Shown here: positions 54,634 to 64,000 of the stretch, in pieces
Layout: each line of letters starts with the position of its first letter
How positions within the stretch are numbered: the stretch's first letter is position 1
NCBI GenBank assembly: GCA_965218095.1
Contig: OZ244587.1
Location: 192,001 to 256,000 of the forward strand
Reading direction: 5' to 3'
DNA: 64,000 bases
Source: Candidatus Poribacteria bacterium
Lineage (GTDB): Bacteria; Poribacteria; WGA-4E; PCPOR2b
The notes under the pieces: model-generated
Seen by the model: only the letters and a program-made list of their open reading frames with translations
The model's database searches: none
What the model was told of the DNA's origin: nothing
Made by a program: the position numbers and the translations under genes

Positions 54634-55157
54634 AATAACACCCTCTCTCAACTTGGTAACCGAATCACACAGACACAGTCAGGTCCTACTCCCAAGGATG
54701 ATTGAGATCGTGGCATCATCAACAACCGCCCGCATGAGCGGGTATGACGCCGTCTTCGCCAAAGATCGGATGTGCTCTATCTGTTCAGGACAGCAGGAGC
54801 AAGGCTTCTTCGCTTCTGATTTATTGGGGCTTCTCCTTTTAAGATTCAGCCAAAGCGTTTGGCGATTTGAAACGTTTGTCTTGAGGCGGCAAAAGTTCAA
54901 CCCCAAGCCGACGACTCACTTTCGGCTGAGCTCAAACGGATAGGGTTGCGGAATAAGGTTGCGAGCTAGTCTAATGTCTCACTATCATAAATTCGCCACA
55001 CCCCATCCACTTTTCGCATCCTAACCAGTTCGTCGTGTGCCCGAACATCCCTAATCTCCATCCCCGGTATCTCCGGCATCTCCGGCGATAGTCCTCCCAA
55101 TTCAAAGTGGAATTCATCACCAACATATTCGCTGTTCAAAGGGAATCTTTCTATTGC

Positions 55158-57365
55158 TCATGCCCAATCCTCACACAACACCTCGGCTTGTTCTAAGACA
55201 GTTTCGGTGGCTTTGGCTTGTTTGTCGGGTGGGTAGCCGTATTTGCGAAGAATGCGCTTCACCATCACCCGCAGCTTAGCGCGAACGCTTTCTTTCATCG
55301 TCCAGTCGATGGTTACGTTACACCGAACAGTTTCAACAAGTTCAACCGCGATGGTTCGCAGGGTTTCATCTCCCAACACTTTCACTGCACTATCGTTGGT
55401 CTCAAGCGCGTCATAGAATGCCAATTCATCGCCTGAAAGCCCTAAATCATCGCCGCGGTTTTGCGCCTGACGCATCTCTTTCGCAATTTCGATCAGTTCC
55501 TCGATTACCTGCGCCGCTTCAACCGTACGGTTCTGATAAGCGCGGATTGAGCCTTCCAACATCTCTGCAAATGAACGCCCTTGCACGACATTCTTCCGTG
55601 AGTGGGTTCTGATCTCATCGTTGAGGAGTTTTTCCAAAAGTTCAACCGCCACGTTTTTATGCGGCAAGTCACGCACTTCGACGAGAAATTCGTCGGAGAG
55701 AATCGAGACATCGGGCTTTTCCAGCCCCGCAGCGGCGAAAATGTCAACCACGCCTTCAGAAACCACCGCTCTGGATATCAACTGCTTTATTGCCTGCTCT
55801 GTCGCTTCAGACTGGGCTTCTTCCGTAGCAGTCGGTTTTGCCAAGACGCTTCTCACCGCTTGAAAAAAGGCGACATCGTCACGAATTTCAATCGTTTTCT
55901 CGTGCGGCACTGCCAGCGCAAACGCTTTGGAGAGCGCGGTAACCGTTTCCAGTAGACGGACTTTGCCATCCTTCTGTCTCAAGATGTGCTCTTGAGCTGG
56001 TGGTAGCAGTTTGAGGCGATCTGTGGCGTTGCCAGCGATCCACGACGACCAATCGAAACTGTAAAACAGTCCACAGCAGATCTCGTGCTTTTCTTGCATC
56101 ACCGCAACGGCTTCTGCTTTGTTAATGGCGGTACTCCCTTTTCCACCGTTTTCGGTGTAGTTTGCCAGTGCCCGTTTCAGGTGGTAAGCGAGCCCGATGT
56201 AGTCCACAACCAAACCGCCCGGCTTGTCGGCGAACACCCGATTGACGCGGGCAATGGCTTGCATCAGTCCATGTCCACGCATCGGCTTGTCCACATACAT
56301 GGTGTGAAGGCTTGGCGCGTCAAACTCTGTTAGCCACATATCACGGACAATTACCACTTTCAACGGGTCTTTGGGGTTTTTGAATCGTACCGCCATCTCT
56401 TCTCGCCGAGCCTTGTTGCGGATATGCGGTTGCCACGACGCATCATCATCAGACGAGCCTGTCATCACAACTTTGATCGTTCCCTGTTTGTCATCGCCGT
56501 TATGCCACTCTGGACAACGTGCGACAAGCGCGTTGTAAAGGTCAACGCAGATACGCCGGCTCATGCAGACAATCATCGCCTTGCCATCCATTGTTTCTAG
56601 CCGTTCTTCAAAGTGTGTGATAATATCATCGGCGATGAGCCCTAACCGCTTTTCCGTTCCCACCAACACCTCTAGTTCTAATTCAGTTGATGGTGCTTCG
56701 TCCTCTCCCTTGATTGTCCTCCACGGCATGAACCATTCGTGATCAGCGGTCAGGGAGCCGATGCGCGCCTCTAATCCGTCAGAAATGACGAGCGTCTCGT
56801 TATAGATGAACAGCGAAGGAATTTCCTGCTTGTAGGTACAGATTTGGCGAAATGCGGTTAGGATGGTGGCTTTTTCGTCGGTCGGGTTTTTGAGTTCAAT
56901 CACGGATAAGGGCAGCCTGTTGATAAACAACACGATGTCCGGGCGGCGTTCGCTGTTCTCTACCACTGTGAACTGGTTGACCGTCAACCAATCATTGCTT
57001 TCAGGCGTATCAAAATCAACCAACTGCACGCGCTTACCGCGTATCGTACCGTCCGGCTGTCGAGCCTCAACCTCTATCCCATCGACCAGCATCAGGTGAA
57101 ATGCGCGGTTGTTCTGGGTCAATGCAGGAGAATCTGGGTGAAGCACTTTTCGGATTGCTTCCTCTTGTGCTTCGGCGGGTATGTTTGGATTCAGGCGGGC
57201 AACTGCATCCCGAAGACGACGCTCTAAAATTACTTTGCTGTAGGTGGGGCGTTCCGCATCGGGGGTATCCGGGGCGATGTCGGGACCATGTAAAACGGTA
57301 TAGCCCAGTTCAGCGAGCCAGTCGAGCGCGGCTTCTTCGATATCGGATTCAGTGATTGTGGTCAT
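55158..57365 (-). pseudogene. hsdR: Type I restriction subunit R with an in-frame internal deletion
   Basis: [14 protein letters not shown] nuclease motif; [26 protein letters not shown] and the conserved C-terminus present; Walker A and DEAH motifs absent; junction [12 protein letters not shown]. Confidence 0.85.
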
Positions 57366-57367
57366 AG

Positions 57368-58039
57368 TCACTCAGTCTCCGGTCTCTTAGCCAGCGGATT
57401 TTCTTTGTCAAAAGCCCATTGACCCGGATTGTCGAGGATATATTGCTGAAGGTGCCTCAAAGACTCGTCATGTCGCACGATATGCTCATGGTAGTTTCGC
57501 TGCCACAATCGTCCGTAGAACGGTGTCTATTTCATCGTCTTCACACTCCGTACATATTCTACTGTGGTCAAAGATTTGTACGCGCCGATTACGTCACCCA
57601 AAGCGAATTGATTCGCGGTCAGGGCATCCACCCCACTAGCCATGGTTTCTGTAGGGGCAACCCTCGTGGTTGCCCTGTGGTCTGGGCATCTGTTGGTATT
57701 TTGGGCAGGCACAAGGCCTGCCCCTACATTGGTTGATTTCGTAAGGGCAACCCTTGTGGTTGCCCTATTCGGCTTGATTACGATGATTCCGTGCAAATGA
57801 TTTGGCATAACCACGAACATATCAATCTCCGTTACCGGGAACCGTTGGGGCAGCGCCTCCCAGGTTCTACACACCATCTCCCCTGCCTCATTCAATCGCA
57901 TTTCCTTGCCAATAACCTCACCGAATAGGCACGATCTGCCCTGAGTGGCGATGGTTACAAAATAAGCACCCATGTGCGTATAATCGTATCCCTTTAGACG
58001 CAGCGACCGGCGGCGATGGATTTCCGGATTGTATGCCAT
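57368..58039 (-). pseudogene. REP-associated tyrosine transposase (RAYT/Y1) with an in-frame TAG
   Basis: HRRRSLRLKGYDY..YFVTI, VVMPNHLHGI (HUH), then after the stop at 57527-29 LWQRNYHEHIVR..YILDNP..W. Confidence 0.85.
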
Positions 58040-58170
58040 TGCCATTATCCTTTACGGTTGGTTCAACCCCTGTGGTCTGTGGCCTGGACGTTTGTCCGTG
58101 TATTGGGCAGGCACAAGGCCTGCCCCTACATTGGTCGATTTCTGTAGGGGCAATCCTTGTGGTTGCTCTA
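57650..58170. repeat. REP elements inside and upstream of RAYT
   Basis: GTAGGGGCAACCCTCGTGGTTGCCC and GGGCAGGCACAAGGCCTGCCCCTAC units; related REP at about 50368-50395. Confidence 0.8.
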
Positions 58171-58172
58171 TT

Positions 58173-58290
58173 CTATTCTTGCTTTGATGTGCATTTCGAG
58201 ATCGGAGATATGAATTCCCCCAGACAATAGCTTCAGCAGCAGAACGTCTCCGATTTGGGAGAGTGCAAGATTGTTCAAACGGTTTTAACC
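58173..58290 (-). pseudogene. hsdS: HsdS C-terminal remnant
   Basis: LSQIGDVLLLKLLSGE resembles the conserved HsdS end (LRDTLLPKLLSGE). Confidence 0.55.
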
Positions 58291-58305
58291 AATCAGTAAC
58301 TGAGG

Positions 58306-59640
58306 TTACACCCCCTCAAAGAAATTCTGATAGATATCAGAAAGATTCTGGTGAGTTATCGGATTAAATGAGGCTGCATACATCTCCCGTAACTGATTGT
58401 CAGCTAATCGAATCCAAATTTCCCATGAGTTCTCCATTTGCTCACGTGTGACATTTAAGCTGGTCCATAGTTCTATAAGTGCTTCCAGATTACGACGCAA
58501 TAAAAGAGTAGCACGCTGGGTTATATCGTAGTCCTCGGACAGAAAAGTCAATGGAACTGTAAAGTAATATTTGGAACTTGTATTTAAGGTGTCTTGTTGA
58601 CCTGAAGCGATTACCGTCGCTAATTCATAGATGTTCAGTGCCATATAATATGCCACCAGTGAGGTTCGGTATTCCAGTGCATCCCCAAAAATGGGAGTCA
58701 ACCACTCCCATTTTCTTTCATAAGCTTCGATCAAATACTTCCAGCCTTCTAAACTATTTCCACCACGCGTGCCACTAATTGACTGGGAGTACCCCACAAG
58801 TTCACCAATTTCCCATACAGGAAAGTGCCTGGTTCCGTATGCAAGAGGAATTTTAACTCGCGCAAGACTAAGGGCGAGGTCTAGCTGGTTTGTGATTAGG
58901 CTGAGCCCCCCGTGCAGACTGTGGTAGACGTATCCTAGGGCATAAGGAATATGTATCCAAACTTCGTACCCAGCACGGTTCCATCTCGCGATATTGAGCA
59001 GGTCATCAAGGGTGGACTTCTGATCCCTAAATTGTTCGCTACCGGATTCAACCCCCACTAAAGCAACAGAAATTAAGGGTGAAATAATCTCAACCGCTCT
59101 GTCCACAACTTGAGACCGTTTTTTGCTTTCTGGTGGTTTTCCATCCAACTCATTTTGCCGCCATTGTACCAAAGAGTTGAATACACTTGGTTTAATTCGT
59201 TTGATAAGTTGTCGCCAGCCAAACTCATCCCCTGTACGAACAATCTCAACAGCTGCTGAGTAAGCGTCGGACGCAGATCTAACTTGCTCCGGGATCTCAG
59301 GCAGTTGAGCATCGGTTCCTTCAGAAGGTGGTGCTTTTTGTTTGTCAAATGTTGGTTTCTCCCCCAAAGATGGCTTCTGGACAACTGGCACGTCGTAGAG
59401 TTTATGAAGCAACTCATCAAACTGCTCATTAAATTGGCTATCATCTGTAAAGTCAATGTAAACTCGTCCACCTAAAAATGTTGGCATTTTCTCCTGCCCT
59501 GATGCCTGACGAATTATGGGAATAAATTTGTCAATCCCCAAATTTTCAACAAGCTGTGCAGTTACAATCTGCACCTCGTATCCAACACCACCTTCGCAAT
59601 TGTTAGCCTTTCTCACGTAATTGTCCGTGCAAATGACTAG
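58306..59640 (-). pseudogene. TIR/SEFIR-domain protein, 5'-truncated by IS5
   Basis: LVICTDNYVRKAN..GGVGYE..KFIPIIR..PTFLGGRVYIDF; AT-richer than flanks. Confidence 0.75.
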
Positions 59641-60425
59641 GTTCTGTTGACATTTCATCGTAACCAGATAATCGCAGCAACGAAACTCAGAAACCCCAAA
59701 TAGCGACCCGCCAACTTATCAAAACGACTGAAGATACGCCTATAGTGCTTGATTTTGTTGATGAAGCATTCCACCCGATGTCTCTCTCGGTACAGATGCG
59801 TATCATAGTCTCGTGGCTCATGGCGGTTGATACGGGGACGAATCACTGGCTCTGCACCCATACGGGTTATCAACTGCACCAATGAATCCGCGTCATACGC
59901 TGAGTCGGCTATCACATACTCACTGCTATACCCTTCTGCACAAGTCATGGCGTGGCGTTGTCTAGCCGTCAGCGCAAAACGTAATGGATTGCTTAAGCCA
60001 TCAACCGTGATGTGAATTTTGGTTGAAAATCCACCCGCACTACGTCCGAGTGCCTGTGAGGCTTGACCGCCACTTGTTTTCAAAGCCCCTGCAGCACAGG
60101 GGTGAGCGTGGATGATGGTACTGTCACCATATCTGGGTCGTTGACAAAGTGTTGATGCAGCCGTTGGAAGATGCCTTTATCGCACCAGCAAGCGAATCGT
60201 TTATAGACGCTGTTCCAACTGCCGTACTCTTTTGGTAGGAGTCGCCATTGACTACCACTACGAGTTATCCAAAGCACTGCTTGGACAAAACGTTTTAAGT
60301 TCGCTTGCTGTCCGGTGTAGACATCGGAACAGGTTTGCAGGAATGCTGCTATTTTTGACCATTGATTATCGGATAAGGTAAGTGTTGACATATCGTTATT
60401 ATGCCATAAATGTCAACACGTCCTA
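59637..60425 (-). mobile_element. IS5-family element, degenerate
   Basis: CTAGGTTCTGTTGACATTT / AAATGTCAACACGTCCTAG; RSGSQWRLLP, GGFSTKIH, ADSAYD, YRERHRVECF. Confidence 0.9.
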
Positions 60426-60695
60426 GAGCATCCAATTTATGAGGGCGTTGATTCGAGCAAGGTGCAACTCTTCTTCGCTTTCTATTTCACCATGACCGGT
60501 ATGCACGCCTTGCACATGATTATCGGGCTCGGTGTTTTGGTCGTGCTTGTTATTCAGGCTTGGGGTGGCAAATTCTCGCCGGAGTACAACGCGCCTGTGG
60601 ATATGACCGGCCTCTACTGGCACTTCGTGGATATCGTCTGGATCTTCCTGTTTCCACTACTCTATTTAATCGGTCGTCATATGGGGCAACACTGA
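60426..60695 (+). pseudogene. ctaE: Cytochrome c oxidase subunit III, 3' fragment
   Basis: [16 protein letters not shown]...[19 protein letters not shown]; 5' part replaced by IS5. Confidence 0.88.
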
Positions 60696-61036
60696 TGTCA
60701 CAACATATCACTTCAAGAAAAGTCTACCTCCTCATTTTCATTTCGCTAATCGTCCTGACTTTTATGACTGTCAAAGTCGCTTTCATCGATCTGGGGTGGT
60801 TAAATACTTTTATAGCGATCACGATTGCTGTTTGCAAGGCGCTTTTGGTCATCCTCTATTTCATGCACATGCGGTACAGCAGTCGCCTCATTTGGCTCTT
60901 TGTTGCGGTGGGGGTTTTCTGGCTGCTGTTGTTAATCGGGCTAACTATGAGTGATTTCATCAGCCGGGATTGGCTGGAGGCCCGAAATCCGACAGAACAA
61001 ATCTCTGAAATTACTTCTTTTCAAGAGCGCCTCTGA
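60695..61036 (+). CDS. ctaF: Cytochrome c oxidase subunit IV
   Basis: TGATG overlap; LIVLTFMTV...AVCKALLVILYFMHM. Confidence 0.85.
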   Translation: MSQHITSRKVYLLIFISLIVLTFMTVKVAFIDLGWLNTFIAITIAVCKALLVILYFMHMRYSSRLIWLFVAVGVFWLLLLIGLTMSDFISRDWLEARNPTEQISEITSFQERL

Positions 61037-61115
61037 CAAAGGAGCCGACGGGTGGATGGGTAAATTAAGGACTGCCTCGATTTTTGACGCGGTGCCTTCG
61101 ATGACTTGCACGGCT

Positions 61116-61829
61116 TTAAGTGAAGAATTCCTCGTTGTGGGGACGAAGATCTAACTCAAATGTCTAGGCACTTTTCTCCTGCTGCACCAAACACCAGTAG
61201 GTTTCTGCGGTGGCATCGGGGTCAAGCAGCGGTTCATCTAGATCTAGTTGGTATCGAGTGCGCACATCAGGTGTGTCAATGACGCCATCGATAATAATGT
61301 GAGCGATATGAATCCCTTTGGGACCGACTTCACGTGCAAGTGCCCACGCCAAACCGCGCACTGCAAACTTGGCGCTGCTAAAGGCAATCGCCCCAGCCCT
61401 ACCGCGGATCGCCGAAGTCGCGCCCGTAAAAAGAATCGTACCGCCGCCATTGAGCATGTCGGGCACAACTGCCCTGGAACAGAGAAACGCGCCGAATGCG
61501 CACACCCGCCAGGACCGTTCAAAGTCTTCAGGCGTCAGGTCAGAAAAGTCCCCCCAGGCCGCATTTCCCGCGTGATTCACTAAAATATCGACCGATCCCA
61601 ACTTCTCACGCACTTGCGCGAAACTGTTAACAACCGCCTCAGGGTCAGTAATATCGGTGGGTAGGGCAAGCGTGGTTGCACCTGTCCCCTGTACCTCAGT
61701 GGCCAGGGTTTGAATGTAGTCGGGAGAGCGTGCAAGCAGCCCTACCTAGCATCCCTCATGTGCAAATTTCCTTACCAGCGAGGCGCCTAATCCTGCGCCA
61801 ACGCCTGCAATAACAGCAGTCTTTTTCAT
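61116..61829 (-). pseudogene. Short-chain dehydrogenase/reductase with two in-frame TAG stops
   Basis: IAGVGAGLG, GC*VGL, LVNHAG, FSSAKFAVRGL, KSA*TFELDLRP. Confidence 0.85.
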
Positions 61830-62585
61830 GTTAAATCTCCCGAATCATCACTCTTTCTGCCTCAAACAGAAGTTGAAATTCTTTCTGCTAATCCCGTCCA
61901 ATCAAAGTGTAATCTATCTCTTTGCCGACGTTGTACATACTTCCTCTTTTACTTGCCCAATAACCTGAAAACCAATATTATCACTTTGATCATTTCCTGT
62001 CAATTTTCTTTTGAAAATTGTATTAATCAGAGGTATGTTGCAGTAGAAAAGCTATACTCAAAATTGCCCTCTTCAGCGGTTCATGGGGATCAAATCGTTC
62101 AAAACACCGTTTTTTGAACTGCAACATTTCGTTGCCTAATACAGATGTGGAAATACTCCAAGGGCGTAGATCAGGTAACCAATGGAGGTACGGGCGCAGG
62201 CGCAGCCTTCTGCATGCTTATCCTTCTTGGTGTAATTGGTATGGCAATCCTCCAAAGCAGCCCAGAGTAGAGTTTACGAATCATTGCGGCTTGACGTCCT
62301 CGCCAATCATCTCGCCAATGTTGATTTCACTAGCTGCAAAAAGAGCCGGCTCCAAGCGACCTCTTCCTTCTATACTTTCACATCTGCCAGAAATTTCCAA
62401 AGCGTTTGACAGATGAGCCAACAAATCGACAATTGATTATCAATTATCGATTATTGAGCCTCACCTCCGTCCATTTGCTTATCTGCTTGATTACAAATTT
62501 CTAACACCTCCTATTCGTATTACGTTCCTCCTGATTCCATGCTAAACTATACGTGTTGATGGGCGGAGTGTGGTCAAATCGACCC

Positions 62586-62770
62586 ACGGATGCGGTTGAT
62601 TGAATACAGGGCAATCTGTGGGGCGGGATACACGTCCACTAACAGCAAGTGGTCTTTGGTGTCAGTCGCTGCTTGTCATTTAACTCACAGCGCCAACTCA
62701 GAACCCCAATTTCACCCTCGCCAGTTGATTGGCACCCAAATTGCCCTTACGGACAGTCAGCCAATTCCGT
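62586..62770 (+). ncRNA. Candidate structured RNA (~185 nt)
   Basis: Nested stems ACGGA/TCCGT, GGTTGATTG/CAGTCAGCC (G-U pairs), AGGGCAAT/ATTGCCCT, inner CGCTG/CAGCG; no family assigned. Confidence 0.35.
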
Positions 62771-62843
62771 AATTGCAGAAACTTACAATCTGTACCGCAA
62801 GATACCATTTTGCGCTGCAATGAATGTTAAGGAGGCGACAGCC

Positions 62844-64000
62844 ATGAAACTCAACAGCAAGTTATTACTCACCATCATCGGTATCCTTTCCATCATCATT
62901 ATTGGTGGAGGGATTTACATCGCAACGCAGAACAAAACAACAACCCATTCAGCCACACCATTCAGAGCATCCAAAAGCCAGGCGGTCACACCCGCCAAAG
63001 GTGAAACGCTTAACTTCTCCGTGAAGTCGTTTTCGCCGCGAGGCAGAGTCTCCCAACGGCAAAATTTCACCATTACCTTTTCTCGGCCGATTGCCGATGT
63101 GTCGTTGATTAACACTGAATTGGACAGTTCACCCGTCACATTCACGCCGCAGATTCGCGGCAGATTTCGGTGGATTGGACAAGACCAGATCCGTTTCTTC
63201 CCAGAAGTTCCACTTTCTCCCTCCACAGAATATACCGCTGAAATCCTTCCGGAGATTAGCCCAGACCCACAACATTACAGGCTTACGGGCAAACGTGACC
63301 TTACCTTTTTCACCGAGCGTTTTTACGTCAAAAGCGCAAGACTCTCGTTTGAATTCAACACGCCAAAAAAGAGGCGGGCGAAGATCCTTGGGACGGTTGA
63401 TTTCAACTATGCGGTCAATCCTGCTGACTTGAAGGAATACCTCACCATTGCTTATGAAGGCGGCACGGAGATTCCGTGCCAAATCAAAACCACCGGTTCT
63501 AATTCGATTATCCGGTTGGAAACCGGAGAGGTCGCGCGAGGCGACAACGATCGGCGCATTCGGTTGCAAATCAAAAAAGACCTCAAGGGGGTCAACTGTC
63601 AACTTGGTCTTGAGAAGGATTACACCTCTCCGATTATCTTGAAAGGAAAAGGAAACCTGTACGTTCATAATGCGAACACGAGGCGCGGAGGCAGTGGAAG
63701 CTATATTCGTCTCTACCTCAGCACCCCTGTTGACTCAGAGGCGGCGAAGCCATATCTGACGATTGAGCCGGAAATCGATTATCAACTCACGGCAAACTAT
63801 CGCTACCTCAACATCCACGCTGATTTTAAGCCCGGCAATCGCTACACTGTAACTGTCAAGCAGGGCTTGCGGTCAGAGGATGATGCCGTCTTCAGACAGG
63901 ATTTTCTCGCACGTTTACCATCCCGGACCTTGAGCCGAGTCTCCGCTTTGTTGGCGATGGGTTCTTCCTCCCGAGAGATGGTGCCCTCAACCTCGGTTTG
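62844..64000 (+). CDS. Bacterial alpha-2-macroglobulin N-terminus (partial; probable frameshift near 63904)
   Basis: AAGGAGG RBS, TM anchor, FSP.G..ITFSRP..FTP.IRGRFRW..RFFP..STEYTA; the typical PDLEPSLRFVGDGFFLPR continues in a shifted frame. Confidence 0.75.
   Translation, partial: MKLNSKLLLTIIGILSIIIIGGGIYIATQNKTTTHSATPFRASKSQAVTPAKGETLNFSVKSFSPRGRVSQRQNFTITFSRPIADVSLINTELDSSPVTFTPQIRGRFRWIGQDQIRFFPEVPLSPSTEYTAEILPEISPDPQHYRLTGKRDLTFFTERFYVKSARLSFEFNTPKKRRAKILGTVDFNYAVNPADLKEYLTIAYEGGTEIPCQIKTTGSNSIIRLETGEVARGDNDRRIRLQIKKDLKGVNCQLGLEKDYTSPIILKGKGNLYVHNANTRRGGSGSYIRLYLSTPVDSEAAKPYLTIEPEIDYQLTANYRYLNIHADFKPGNRYTVTVKQGLRSEDDAVFRQDFLARLPSRTLSRVSALLAMGSSSREMVPSTSV

Noticed and set aside
54660-55150. 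Coding fragments between the M56 gene and hsdR
   Set aside because: Short, stop-containing remnants that I could not assign to a family.
11318-61748. TAG recoding (e.g. as Trp), suggested by in-frame TAGs at conserved Trp sites in glgC, the kinase, RAYT and the SDR
   Set aside because: Intact genes (moxR, hisB, acnA, archease) end in TAG at the expected lengths; other internal TAGs are not at Trp positions; TGG to TAG is a single transition; some affected genes have other lesions too.
62915-63668. Listed ORFs near the right edge
   Set aside because: Shadows of the alpha-2-macroglobulin frame starting at 62844.
1-64000. tRNA, rRNA, tmRNA, RNase P and SRP genes
   Set aside because: No diagnostic conserved motifs seen by eye; not confirmed by a covariance-model search.

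Overview
A bacterial chromosomal window of moderate GC. The transmembrane ECF-sigma/beta-propeller fusion, the BlaI/M56 module and the intergenic REP style suggest a Poribacteria-like organism (inference only). Intact housekeeping genes (HU, MoxR, hisB, acnA, archease, fumC, ctaF) are mixed with many pseudogenes (glgC, pyk, a histidine kinase, an SDR, two GNATs, a ceramidase-like gene, hsdR, RAYT) and mobile DNA (two IS982, IS3, two IS5, IS630 pieces, several MITEs, REPs). Five observations stand out. (1) A 2.6-kb composite unit (IS982 + Nmad-like cargo gene + IS982-type MITE) is bounded by an 8-bp TSD and nested at the edge of an older MITE inside glgC. (2) One ORF fuses a FokI/NlaIII-type adenine MTase to a second N4C/N6A-family MTase and runs off the left edge. 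(3) Integron attC-like sites occur without an integrase, and two attC halves are cut by IS5 ends at the same CTAG. (4) A 1232-aa BlaR1-type sensor carries catalytically dead redoxin and trypsin domains. (5) A ~185-nt structured ncRNA candidate lies upstream of an alpha-2-macroglobulin gene. No rRNA, tRNA or CRISPR array was seen. All family calls come from motif recognition by eye, not database searches.
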